A stretch of 64,000 nt of DNA. Source: a virus. Location: IMG/VR virus record IMGVR_UViG_3300023179_000039, positions 1 to 64,000 of that record. One strand, given 5' to 3'. A program made the position numbers and the translations under genes. Shown here piece after piece: positions 37,924 to 47,160 of the stretch. Each line of letters starts with the position of its first letter. The first letter of the stretch is position 1. The notes under the pieces were generated by a model that was given only the letters and a program-made list of their open reading frames with translations, did no database searches and was not told the origin of the DNA.

Positions 37924-39042
37924 ATGAGTAAAGACCTTAGTAAGATATTTGCATCGTTAGACAAGCTAAACAGTGAAGCCTCGTTTTTAAACGAAAACGC
38001 TTTAAGTAAAGTAGATGAATGGTTTGATACTGGCTGCTATGCTCTCAATGCCATATTGGGTGGCAGCTGTCGTGGTGGCGGTGTCCCTAAGGGAAGAATT
38101 ACCGGCTTCTCTGGCCCTAGTCAGACAGGCAAGACTTTTATTGTTAACAAGATTCTTGCAACGGCGCAAAAGAAAGGCATCACGCCAGTTATTTTTGATA
38201 CAGAGATCGCTATCGACGAGAATAGTACAAAAGGTGTAGGTCTTGACCCCGAAAATGTAAAATATGTACCGGTAGATACAATTGATCAGTGCCGTAATCA
38301 GATCAGTGCATTACTTGATAGTATTATCGAAAACAATGCTAAAGGTAAGTTTATTATTAGTATTGACAGTTTAGGTAATCTTGCTTCACAGAAAGAGCTG
38401 GATGACGTAGCTAAGGATAAATCTGCTGCAGATATGGGTCTTCGTGCAAAGTCTTTAAAGAGTATGTTTCGTACTTTAACTTTTAAAGCTGCTAAGGCTG
38501 GTGTTACAATTCTGTTTACTAATCATACTTACGATGACCCGGCTGCAATGTTCCCTAGTCTTGTAAAGAATCAAGCCGGTGGCTCAGGACCTGTATATAT
38601 GGCTAGTATTCTTGTACAGCTTGCCAAGCGTCATGAGAAGGAAGGCGAAGGCGATTCAATGGATACAGAAGATAAAAAGCTTGCTGAAGCAAACAAATAC
38701 AGCGGTACAACACTTCGTGCATTAACTGTAAAGAATCGCTTTCTACCACCGTTTTTAGAGACAGAAATGTATCTTTCCTTTAAGACTGGATTGAACAAGT
38801 ATAGCGGTTTGCTTGGTATGGCTGCAGTGAGAGGTATCGTTGAACAAAATGGTGCAACCTATACTGTAGGTGTTACCAGTGGTAAGTATAAGAAGGGCGA
38901 TAAACTAGGATATGCAAAGACATTTGCAAAAGATCCCGCTTTCTACGAGGAATTCATTATCCCTGAACTCGACAAGCGCTTGGCTGAAGAATACAAGTAT
39001 AACGTAAATGAAGCGCAAGGCGAAGAAGAACCTCACGAGTAA
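37924..39042 (+). CDS. uvsX: UvsX/RecA-like recombinase
   Basis: Motifs DTGCYALN, GPSQTGKT, FDTE, IDSLGNL, ADMG.RA, TNHTY, KNRF. Confidence 0.93.
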   Translation: MSKDLSKIFASLDKLNSEASFLNENALSKVDEWFDTGCYALNAILGGSCRGGGVPKGRITGFSGPSQTGKTFIVNKILATAQKKGITPVIFDTEIAIDENSTKGVGLDPENVKYVPVDTIDQCRNQISALLDSIIENNAKGKFIISIDSLGNLASQKELDDVAKDKSAADMGLRAKSLKSMFRTLTFKAAKAGVTILFTNHTYDDPAAMFPSLVKNQAGGSGPVYMASILVQLAKRHEKEGEGDSMDTEDKKLAEANKYSGTTLRALTVKNRFLPPFLETEMYLSFKTGLNKYSGLLGMAAVRGIVEQNGATYTVGVTSGKYKKGDKLGYAKTFAKDPAFYEEFIIPELDKRLAEEYKYNVNEAQGEEEPHE

Positions 39043-39748
39043 AGCTGTAGTCCCCATTTCCGGAGGAATGGACAGTACTGTCCTACTACATTTAGCTGCT
39101 AGTAGGTATGATAAGATAATCACGGTTAACTATGATTACGGGCAGAAGCACCGTGATAAAGAAATAAATTGCGCTTCATTTCAGATTGAATCGGTTGATA
39201 TGCCGGTTGACAGTTTACACATAAAATTACCGTTTTTTAAGGATATATGTCAGGTTTCTTCACTTCTTAATAACAAGGTTGCAGTTGCTAAAGCCAAGGA
39301 TGTAATGGGCGATCCGCAGACGGTTAACTATGTTCCCTACCGTAACTTGATGTTACTTAGCATTTCACTAGCTATCGCTGAAAACTACGGTGCTAGCACG
39401 GTTTTTCATGGTGCAGCACAAGCCGATAGTGTTGCAGGATTCTGGGATGGAAGCGAGGAGTTTCTTGATCAAATTAATAAAGTATCAGCTCTTAACAGAA
39501 GAAACAAAATTGTTGTACAGGCGCCATTAATTGACAAATCTAAAGAAGAAATCATAAAATTAGGTGTAAAGCTTGGTGTAAATTTTAGCCAGACATGGAC
39601 TTGTTATGAGGGAGAAGAACAGGCCTGCGGTGAATGTACTGCGTGCTCTTTAAGAATAAAAGGCTTTATAGATGCAGGTTATGTAGACCCGTTAAACTAT
39701 AAAATCTCAATACCTTGGGAAAAATATAAGTGTAAAGAAATAATTTAA
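39008..39748 (+). CDS. queC: 7-cyano-7-deazaguanine synthase
   Basis: Motifs SGGMDS, YGQKH..E, YVPYRN, TWTCY...CGECTAC..R. Confidence 0.95.
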   Translation: MKRKAKKNLTSKAVVPISGGMDSTVLLHLAASRYDKIITVNYDYGQKHRDKEINCASFQIESVDMPVDSLHIKLPFFKDICQVSSLLNNKVAVAKAKDVMGDPQTVNYVPYRNLMLLSISLAIAENYGASTVFHGAAQADSVAGFWDGSEEFLDQINKVSALNRRNKIVVQAPLIDKSKEEIIKLGVKLGVNFSQTWTCYEGEEQACGECTACSLRIKGFIDAGYVDPLNYKISIPWEKYKCKEII

Positions 39749-40284
39749 CCTATCCGGTAAAATACAGCTCCGCTGTTTCTTTCATCAGCATCCCAAAAAG
39801 GATAAGAAGTAGGAGCTGTTATATCCATGTAATCACCTGCAGCGAGATCAAAAATGTAAAAACCAGTAACTTGCCAGTAGGGTTGAGATGATCCACCTGC
39901 GTAAGGTTTCAACGGAAAATCTACTCCATTTTTTCTATAAAAAAATTGAGCATAAATATTATTAGCTTTTGAAATCATAAAAACACCAAAATAATATCTT
40001 CCAGCTACTGGAGCAGTAAACCTACCATTGGTGTTATTATACAAATTATTATCATTAATATCTGCAATATCCCAAATCACTACGTAATCAGTATTATTAC
40101 CTACATATTTTGAAATACGTCTTACAGAAGCCATAGGCATGTAAGGCTTGTTAATAATACTTGAATAAGCCACAGGTAAAGAAGAAATTTGCGCTGCATT
40201 TGTAGAGTTGTTTTGACTGTAAGGCAACAAAGCACTACCAGCAGGCGTTCCTTGAGTTAACTGAGAAATCGTAACATCAGCCAT
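39745..40284 (-). CDS. C1q-domain-containing virion fibre/adhesin-like protein
   Basis: YNNTNGRFTAPVAGRYYF, LAAGDY, C-terminal GAVFYRIG: C1q globular pattern. Confidence 0.72.
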   Translation of the reverse strand: MADVTISQLTQGTPAGSALLPYSQNNSTNAAQISSLPVAYSSIINKPYMPMASVRRISKYVGNNTDYVVIWDIADINDNNLYNNTNGRFTAPVAGRYYFGVFMISKANNIYAQFFYRKNGVDFPLKPYAGGSSQPYWQVTGFYIFDLAAGDYMDITAPTSYPFWDADERNSGAVFYRIG

Positions 40285-40293
40285 ATTTTATCC

Positions 40294-41193
40294 TTAGACA
40301 GTACTATATTTATCAAATTCATCCATTGGCCCGCTTCTACCAACATAGCCTAAATCTCTTGCAACAGATGTAGGTTCATCGGCTTCTGGATATTCATCTA
40401 TAGTTTCTACTTCTCCGGAGCCTTCACCTTCTTTTGCTTTTTCAGAAGCCGGTGAATAGCTGTTTTTATACTTCAACGAGTCAATAAAGTCTTGAACCAT
40501 CTCTTTGTCGTTTGCCATTTTTTCATCATATGCGCGCACAATAGCATCAACTACTTCTTTTCTTAGCTCAGGTGAATCATAAAGATCACCCTTTGCAACA
40601 GTAATTTCATCAGGAAGCTCTGCAAAAATAGGCATCCACTCTTTAATGAACCTTACATCATTTTTTACAAAAGAATTAGCAGCAGGTGTAGCAGGCGCAG
40701 TACTTGGTGTACCAGGAGCCACGACTTTCTTACCTTCAACGCCAGCTGTTACAGCTTGTTTAACTTGAGCAGGGCTAGCAGCAGCACCACCTTCAACATC
40801 AACACGTAAAACATTTAAAAGATTGTCGACAACACGAGCTGTGTATTTAGCTTCTGTACCACCTATTTTAAGCTCGTTCTTTATTAAATTTTCTAAATCA
40901 GTTCTAAACTTCATTTTAGAACCCGGGTAGTAAAGCTTATATTCTTTACCATCGATAGTATGAATAGCAGGTTTAAATAGCTTTGTTTGAATAACTTGCA
41001 GTAAACGGTTAGCAATTTCAGCTTTTGATTTGCCTTCTTTTGCTGCAGTTTTACCTATTCCATAACCTTTGCCAGGTGCTTTTTCAATATCACCAGTATA
41101 ACCTAAATCATCAGCATATATAGGCGCTTCACTAACTACCTGTTTTTTCTTTGAAATATATGCTTCGTATATAAATTGTACATCTTTGTTCAT
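40294..41193 (-). CDS. Hypothetical late protein
   Basis: TAAATA 41201-41206; N-terminus MNKDVQFIYEAY...VVSE-A. Confidence 0.6.
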   Translation of the reverse strand: MNKDVQFIYEAYISKKKQVVSEAPIYADDLGYTGDIEKAPGKGYGIGKTAAKEGKSKAEIANRLLQVIQTKLFKPAIHTIDGKEYKLYYPGSKMKFRTDLENLIKNELKIGGTEAKYTARVVDNLLNVLRVDVEGGAAASPAQVKQAVTAGVEGKKVVAPGTPSTAPATPAANSFVKNDVRFIKEWMPIFAELPDEITVAKGDLYDSPELRKEVVDAIVRAYDEKMANDKEMVQDFIDSLKYKNSYSPASEKAKEGEGSGEVETIDEYPEADEPTSVARDLGYVGRSGPMDEFDKYSTV

Positions 41194-41242
41194 CTTGAAT
41201 TATTTATTCTTTATAATATAATAATTAGGAGGTATATAATAT

Positions 41243-41926
41243 ATTTGCGGTATATTTGGTTCTAAAGACTTTACAACATATGTAAAGCTTTATAAGAGTA
41301 ATAAGAAAAGAGGCACCTTTTCTTACGGGGGTCTATTAATTGGACATAAGATACATGCCTTGTTAAAAACTCCAGGAACTGCAGAATTACATAAAAAGCT
41401 AGTTATCGAATACGGGAGAAAGAAGAGAAGTATTACTGATTTTGAAACGTTTTTAGGTCATACACAAGCACCTACATCAAGCCAGAGACGATTTACACCT
41501 GCCACTTCTCACCCTTTTCAATATAAAAACTGGATCATTGCACATAATGGCGTTTTAACAAATGATAGAGAGCTTAAGAAACTTATAAAAGATAAAAAAT
41601 CTTTTAATGTAGTTGACTCATCTGTTATTGCACCTTTAATAGATTTTAAATTTAGGGATATAGGGGATGAGGTAGCAGGTATATGTAGCGCGCTTTCTAT
41701 GCTTAAAGGTACCTTCGGGTTATGGATTTATGAGCAAAAGAGCGGAAACATATACCTTGCAAGATCCGGTAGTACGATTTATGCAAATTTTATCACTAAT
41801 GACTTCTCATCTCTTAAAGAAGAAGGCTTTGTTTCATTAGATGAAGGAGTTCTCTATCTCTTAACAAAAGAAGGCATTACATCTGTAGGCGTCTTTAAGA
41901 CAAACTCACCTTTTTTCTCACCATGA
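41243..41926 (+). CDS. Class II glutamine amidotransferase (Ntn hydrolase) with probable ATT start
   Basis: In-frame upstream extension of ORF 41360 reads ATT-TGC-GGT-ATA-TTT-GGT (M-CGIFG). Motifs GHTQAPT, HPF, AHNGVL.N, DS. AGGAGGT at 41227-41233; in-frame TAA at 41237. Confidence 0.85.
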   Translation: MCGIFGSKDFTTYVKLYKSNKKRGTFSYGGLLIGHKIHALLKTPGTAELHKKLVIEYGRKKRSITDFETFLGHTQAPTSSQRRFTPATSHPFQYKNWIIAHNGVLTNDRELKKLIKDKKSFNVVDSSVIAPLIDFKFRDIGDEVAGICSALSMLKGTFGLWIYEQKSGNIYLARSGSTIYANFITNDFSSLKEEGFVSLDEGVLYLLTKEGITSVGVFKTNSPFFSP

Positions 41927-42597
41927 AGACGGCATTCTATACATGTACAAGGCGTTCAATAATTGATGAGACGTTTGCTTTCAAGTCACTAAGAAGACTT
42001 TGTGATAAAATAGAATTTTTTTACGATTGTAATAACAAAGAGGGCCTCAGCAAACGTTACAACGATATTCTAAAAGAACATGCAAACTCATTTGATAATA
42101 TAGTATTCTTGCACGACGATGTTTATGTCGATGATCTTTATGTTATTGAAAAGCTAGAAAAAGCGCACACCGTTTTTGATATTGTTGGTCTTGCTGGAGG
42201 AGTTAACCCAACCGTTAAGACACCTGCACTATGGCATTTAATGTGTGGGGGGTTCGGTAGCGGTAACTTGAGAGGCGCAGTCGCGCACCCGACAGGTAAC
42301 AAAGCAAATGATCAGATATTTGTAACTAGCTTTGGCCCTACACCTAGCCGAGTAGCTATTTTAGACGGTTTATTTTTAAGTGTTAATACAAAATGCTACT
42401 TAGATAAAAACTGGAAATTTAATGAAAACTATACATTTCATCATTATGATATAGCTAGCAGTCTAGATGCAAATAAAGCTCAGCTTAAGCTAGGGGTAGT
42501 GCCTATTTGGTGTGTACACAGTTCTCCTGGTCTTTTAAATATAGAAGACAAATTATTCTTAAATAGCCAACAAAAGTTTTTAGAAGAATATAGTTAG
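41923..42597 (+). CDS. Glycosyltransferase family 2-like (Glyco_tranf_2_5)
   Basis: Motifs YN, FLHDDV, IVGLAG, LDGLFL, FHHYDI. Confidence 0.8.
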   Translation: MKTAFYTCTRRSIIDETFAFKSLRRLCDKIEFFYDCNNKEGLSKRYNDILKEHANSFDNIVFLHDDVYVDDLYVIEKLEKAHTVFDIVGLAGGVNPTVKTPALWHLMCGGFGSGNLRGAVAHPTGNKANDQIFVTSFGPTPSRVAILDGLFLSVNTKCYLDKNWKFNENYTFHHYDIASSLDANKAQLKLGVVPIWCVHSSPGLLNIEDKLFLNSQQKFLEEYS

Positions 42598-42633
42598 CAT
42601 TGATTATTTGTTTTTATAATTTATTATAATGTA

Positions 42634-43962
42634 ATGGGCAAGTTAGATCTAGACTTTTTTGAAACAGTTATTGCTTTTAAGTCTTTAACTGATGAAACCT
42701 ACCTCGCATCCATAGTAGATCATATAAAACCTGTTTTTTTCAAAAATAAAGATATTAAATCGATTTTTACTATTATTCGCGATTTCTATGAAAGTAGAAA
42801 CGCGTGCCCCACTCTTACTGAAATTAAGTCTTATCTTACTACAGAAGAATTAAAAACGTCATTTAAAAATACCGTAAATCTGTTTAATAATCTTGATAAA
42901 AATTTTAATAACGACGAGCTTTCATTTAATACTGAAAAATTTATTAAAGAAAAGTCTGTATACCATACAATGATGGATGTAATTGAAGATATCGACAAGA
43001 ATAGCGTTGATACCTCTAAAATTTTAGCGAAGTTTGAAAAGGCTTGTAATATTTCTCTCACCACCGAGATTGGTTTAGATCTCTACACAGATATTGATAA
43101 AGTTATTACAGACTTACATTCGAATGAAAAATATTTGCCTTCAAAATGGAAATGGTTAGATGAAAAAATAGGAGGTGGGTTTTTAGAGGAAGGTAGAGCA
43201 TTATATTTGTTTGCCGGTGAAACTAATATTGGTAAGAGTATATTTCTAGGCAATGTTGCAATTAATGTGGCTGATCAAGGCAAGACCGTCCTGCTTGTTT
43301 CTTTGGAAATGCCTGAAATAATTTATGCAAAAAGGCTTGTTTCAAGCGTATCTAAGATACCGCTTAGTCAATTAAAGGTTGAATCTGATACTTTAAAAAA
43401 TCAAATAAGCGAATATTGTATAGAGAATCCTAATGCTAAAATTTTAATTAAAGAGTTTCCCCCTGCTACAATCACACCCAATCATTTAAAGGCATTTATT
43501 AAAAAGCTTTTTCAAAAAGGTATAAAAATCGATGCAATTGTATTAGATTATGTAAATCTATTACATTCAACTATGGGTGATTCGAGTTATGAAAGGGTAA
43601 AGATATGTACAGAACAACTCAGAGCTCTAAGCTATCAGTTTAATTGCCCTGTTATAACAGCTACTCAATTAAATCGTGAAGGATATGAGATAACCGATCC
43701 CGGTCTTAAGACAATTTCTGAAAGTATAGGATTAGCAATGACAGGCGATGTCATTATGAGTATTTGGCAAGAAGATACAGATAAAGAGTTAGGTGTTATA
43801 AAAATGGGGTTAATGAAGAACAGATTTGGGCCAAATTTCGGCCATTGCGCTATGAGAATAGACTATTCTACATTGACTATAACAGAGGACGAACATATAA
43901 ACGACACGGAGGCAAGTACATCATCTATTAATACGTTGACAAAATTAGCTATAGATAATTGA
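42634..43962 (+). CDS. gp41: Replicative DnaB-like helicase, gp41-like
   Basis: Motifs AGETNIGKS, SLEM, IKEFP, LDYVNL, TATQLNR, ISES, KNRFG. Confidence 0.95.
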   Translation: MGKLDLDFFETVIAFKSLTDETYLASIVDHIKPVFFKNKDIKSIFTIIRDFYESRNACPTLTEIKSYLTTEELKTSFKNTVNLFNNLDKNFNNDELSFNTEKFIKEKSVYHTMMDVIEDIDKNSVDTSKILAKFEKACNISLTTEIGLDLYTDIDKVITDLHSNEKYLPSKWKWLDEKIGGGFLEEGRALYLFAGETNIGKSIFLGNVAINVADQGKTVLLVSLEMPEIIYAKRLVSSVSKIPLSQLKVESDTLKNQISEYCIENPNAKILIKEFPPATITPNHLKAFIKKLFQKGIKIDAIVLDYVNLLHSTMGDSSYERVKICTEQLRALSYQFNCPVITATQLNREGYEITDPGLKTISESIGLAMTGDVIMSIWQEDTDKELGVIKMGLMKNRFGPNFGHCAMRIDYSTLTITEDEHINDTEASTSSINTLTKLAIDN

Positions 43963-43987
43963 TTTATTAGTTTTGAGTAATAATTAG

Positions 43988-44284
43988 TTGTTGACTGTGA
44001 AAGGTTACGATCCTTCTGAACTGATAACTGATTATGAACAAACACATTTGTTTTTATCGTTTTGTTCGTTTGTAACATTAACAAATACTAAAAAACTTAA
44101 TCTAGCTAATGTTTTTATATGTTTACTTAAACATAAAGAGTTTAGAGACGTCTTTAAAGTATATTGTGATTTAAAAAATGATTTTAACGCCGTTAAATTT
44201 TTCTTGCAATTTGATTCAAGTTTGTATAAAAGTAAATACATTATGAAATTTTTAAACAGTAACAAAAAGTTTTTATTAGTATGA
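43988..44284 (+). CDS. Hypothetical protein (start uncertain: TTG 43988/43991 or GTG 43997)
   Basis: ORF between gp41 and bS21; ATGA overlap with bS21. Confidence 0.55.
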   Translation: MLTVKGYDPSELITDYEQTHLFLSFCSFVTLTNTKKLNLANVFICLLKHKEFRDVFKVYCDLKNDFNAVKFFLQFDSSLYKSKYIMKFLNSNKKFLLV

Positions 44285-44493
44285 GTAAAGTAATTAACGT
44301 TTCCGTTTCTTTAGACAAAAAGAAATGCACAGATAAAGCTTATTTTGATAAAGCTTATAAAAAATTTGCAAGAGAAGTTTTAAGAGCAGGTATTTCTGAA
44401 GATCTACGTTTTAAGCGTTATTATCTTAAGCCGAGTGCGCTTAGAAAGCTTAAAAAGCAGTTCAGCAGACAAAAGTGGAAATTTTATAATTGA
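44281..44493 (+). CDS. rpsU: Phage-encoded 30S ribosomal protein bS21
   Basis: FDKAYKKFAREVLRAGISEDLRFKRYYLKPSALRKLKK matches the bS21 pattern (F..AL.RF...V...G...E.R....Y.KPS..R). Confidence 0.82.
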   Translation: MSKVINVSVSLDKKKCTDKAYFDKAYKKFAREVLRAGISEDLRFKRYYLKPSALRKLKKQFSRQKWKFYN

Positions 44494-45131
44494 TAACTGA
44501 ATTTGAAAAACACATTTACAATTCTTTCTTAAAAGTTACTCGCTCAAATAGTAATTTACCGTACAAGCTTCGCAAAAATTTTGAAAATGTAGACGAAAAA
44601 ACATATTTATCGTTAAAAAAGCTATCATTGTTTTTTAAGAAATACCCCCATATAAAAGTAGAAGACTTTTTCAAAGCACCTTATTTGCTATATAAGGATG
44701 AAAAATATTTTCCATTAGAATACTTTTATACACTTAAGGCAATAAAATCCTTTACTCTTAATAATCAAAGGCAAAATAATTTAGATCCAGATAGTGACGA
44801 GCAGTTAAATAATATTAAACAGTCATTAGTCTATATTTTAAATTTTTGTAACAAGCATAACATTGATGTAGAAAATTATATTTTTCACAAAACTAATAAT
44901 GAATATTCTTTTTTATTACACCTCAAAGAACATAATGTTAATATGTATACTCTTTTAGGCTATAATAATTTTGAAAAGGTGCTGCGCTCCTGTAATGCCG
45001 AAATAACAAAATTTATTATTGGTGAAGAGCTCTACAACAACGTACAGACATTTAGAACAAAACTCTTTAATTCAAAAAAAGCTGCAAAATTAGTTTCACT
45101 TGGCCTTAAAAAAATTATAGAAAAGTCTTGA
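44490..45131 (+). CDS. Hypothetical protein; position matches gp59 helicase loader
   Basis: 213 aa, aromatic/basic, immediately upstream of gp32 as in T4; synteny only. Confidence 0.45.
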   Translation: MITEFEKHIYNSFLKVTRSNSNLPYKLRKNFENVDEKTYLSLKKLSLFFKKYPHIKVEDFFKAPYLLYKDEKYFPLEYFYTLKAIKSFTLNNQRQNNLDPDSDEQLNNIKQSLVYILNFCNKHNIDVENYIFHKTNNEYSFLLHLKEHNVNMYTLLGYNNFEKVLRSCNAEITKFIIGEELYNNVQTFRTKLFNSKKAAKLVSLGLKKIIEKS

Positions 45132-45161
45132 TTTACATTTTAAATCATATATCATAATAAC

Positions 45162-46022
45162 ATGAGTACATTTACCACATCGATGTTTGAAAGTATTAAA
45201 GGCGCGCTGACAAAGAGTAACGAATCAACTGCTTCGAAGATAAAAGATTATCTAAGATGTGAGGTTGGCAATACATATACAGTACGACTTCTCCCTAATG
45301 TTAAGGACCCATCAAAGACATTCTTCCATTATTATTCCTACGGATGGAACAGTTTTTCAACAGGAGAGCTAATTACTGCTGTTAGCCCTACAACCTGGAA
45401 TCAGCGTGACCCTATTGCAGAGGAACGCTATAGGATTCTTCGTACGGGCACTGAAAAGGAAAAGGAAAAGGCCCTGGCTATTAAGCGTCGCGAAAACTGG
45501 CTTGTTAGTGTTTATGTAGTTAATGATCCGGTTAATTCTGATAACAACGGTAAGGTCAAGCTGTTAAGGTTTGGTCGCCAGTTGCATAAGATTATTATGG
45601 GCGCTATTGAGGGTGAGGAAGCAGAAGAGCTCGGTCCTCGCATATTCGATCTTTCACCTAAAGGCTGCAACCTTAAGATTAAAGTAGAAAAGCAAGGTGA
45701 ATATCCTACTTATGTTTCATCTAAGTTTACTACACCCAAGGAAATTGAAGGCCTAGATGATGATTCTTTTAAGAAAGTATATAGCAGCGCCTTTGATCTC
45801 GAATCGTATGTTAGTGTAAAGAGTTATGATGAACTTAAGGACATCCTCGATTCACATTACCATGGCACTAAGGACGTTGAAGATGTAATTGAAGAGCCTG
45901 TAGCTAAAAAGACATCAGCTCCAACCCCTTCCGTTAATGTTACAGTCAAGCCTTCGAAAACAGAAGCAAAAGCTGTTACAGAAGACGACGAGAGCATTAG
46001 CGAACTTCTTAAGGACCTTTAA
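45162..46022 (+). CDS. gp32: Single-stranded DNA-binding protein, gp32-like
   Basis: Motifs VRLLP, VYVVNDP...NNGKVK..RFG, IFD....CN.K, Y..SKF, KSYDEL; acidic tail ending LLKDL. Confidence 0.92.
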   Translation: MSTFTTSMFESIKGALTKSNESTASKIKDYLRCEVGNTYTVRLLPNVKDPSKTFFHYYSYGWNSFSTGELITAVSPTTWNQRDPIAEERYRILRTGTEKEKEKALAIKRRENWLVSVYVVNDPVNSDNNGKVKLLRFGRQLHKIIMGAIEGEEAEELGPRIFDLSPKGCNLKIKVEKQGEYPTYVSSKFTTPKEIEGLDDDSFKKVYSSAFDLESYVSVKSYDELKDILDSHYHGTKDVEDVIEEPVAKKTSAPTPSVNVTVKPSKTEAKAVTEDDESISELLKDL

Positions 46023-46025
46023 TTA

Positions 46026-46445
46026 ATGGAAATGCAGGAACTTTCTCCTGAAGAGCTCAAATTAACAGCTCTTCAATTTATGGGTCAACATCTCACTGGT
46101 GATCTTAAGGAGTTAAATAAAAATATTGTAAGTCAAAATAGAACATTACAGGGCATGACTATAGACCCTGTGAGAATTATTAACACTATTCCTGCAGGGC
46201 ATAATAATCAGCATATAAACCCATATGCTAATGTTGTTAACGCTGGTATTAATGTAGCCCAGCAAAGACCAATCAACGTTCAAGCCTCCGCTGTACATCA
46301 AATTCAAACTGAACAACCAGCAGTTATTAATGACCCGAATCAGCTTGAATTTGAATTTAATAACTCAACAATTGCAAAACAAATATTTGAAAAATTAGAT
46401 ATTATTCTCAAAAAAATTGATAGTTTAGAAAACAAGCTTAAATAA
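46026..46445 (+). CDS. Hypothetical protein
   Basis: 139-aa ORF with DPNQLEFEF and a C-terminal coiled coil. Confidence 0.6.
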   Translation: MEMQELSPEELKLTALQFMGQHLTGDLKELNKNIVSQNRTLQGMTIDPVRIINTIPAGHNNQHINPYANVVNAGINVAQQRPINVQASAVHQIQTEQPAVINDPNQLEFEFNNSTIAKQIFEKLDIILKKIDSLENKLK

Positions 46446-46449
46446 GTTT

Positions 46450-47130
46450 ATGCCTGATTTTGAGAACTTAGTGATTCATACTCATTTAGGTTTAGGTGAT
46501 CACTTTATTTGTTGCGGATTAGTTAGAAAGCTAGCTTTAAAAGGCGACTATAAAAAGTATTACGTTGCTGTTAAAAAAAATAATTTTTCTTCTGTAAAAC
46601 CGCTCTACAGTGATTTAGAAAATATTGATTTTATAGTTGTTACACAGGACAATGAGGTAGGAGGTAGCTTACCTCCTAATAGCGAATATTTGAGAGTAGG
46701 CTTTTTTCAGCGCCCTTGGCTTAGATTTGATATAGGTTTTTATGATCAAGTTGGGTTTGATATTAAAGACAAATATGAATATTTTAAAATTAATAGAAAC
46801 ATAGAAAAAGAAAAAGAAGTAATTGATAAAGTTTGCCCACAAGGAGATTTTATTTTTGTAAATAATACATCTTCTTCTGGTACTTTTGATTTTAAAATAG
46901 ACAATAATTTACCAGTGGTATTACCAGATCCCAGCTTAGAATTTGCTGCTGTTGACTATTTAGGGGTTATTGAAAAGGCTAAGGAAGTTCATCTTCTGCA
47001 TAGTAGTTTTCTATGTCTTACCGACTTAGCGCTAAATCGCGGCGAGCTGTTTTTTCATAGAGTTAAAAAGAGTAGTGATGATGAACTTAATCCCGATCTA
47101 AGACTTAATTGGACTAAAATTGATTATTGA
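46450..47130 (+). CDS. Putative glycosyltransferase (fucosyltransferase/GT9-like)
   Basis: Motifs HTHLGLGDH, FD..FY, IEKAKEVH...SSF; late box 5 nt upstream. Confidence 0.55.
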   Translation: MPDFENLVIHTHLGLGDHFICCGLVRKLALKGDYKKYYVAVKKNNFSSVKPLYSDLENIDFIVVTQDNEVGGSLPPNSEYLRVGFFQRPWLRFDIGFYDQVGFDIKDKYEYFKINRNIEKEKEVIDKVCPQGDFIFVNNTSSSGTFDFKIDNNLPVVLPDPSLEFAAVDYLGVIEKAKEVHLLHSSFLCLTDLALNRGELFFHRVKKSSDDELNPDLRLNWTKIDY

Positions 47131-47160
47131 TATCTTGCATATATAAGCTATTATAAACAT

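Noticed and set aside
39008-39045. Possible ACG start for queC at 39035 (ACG AGT AAA GCT, overlapping the uvsX stop)
   Set aside because: An in-frame ATG exists at 39008, so a non-canonical start is not required; cannot be decided from sequence.
39745-40284. C1q/fibre gene as target of a diversity-generating retroelement
   Set aside because: No reverse transcriptase and no template/variable repeat pair seen in the window.
44490-45131. Firm assignment as gp59 helicase loader
   Set aside because: Only size and synteny support it; no motif recognised, so left as hypothetical.
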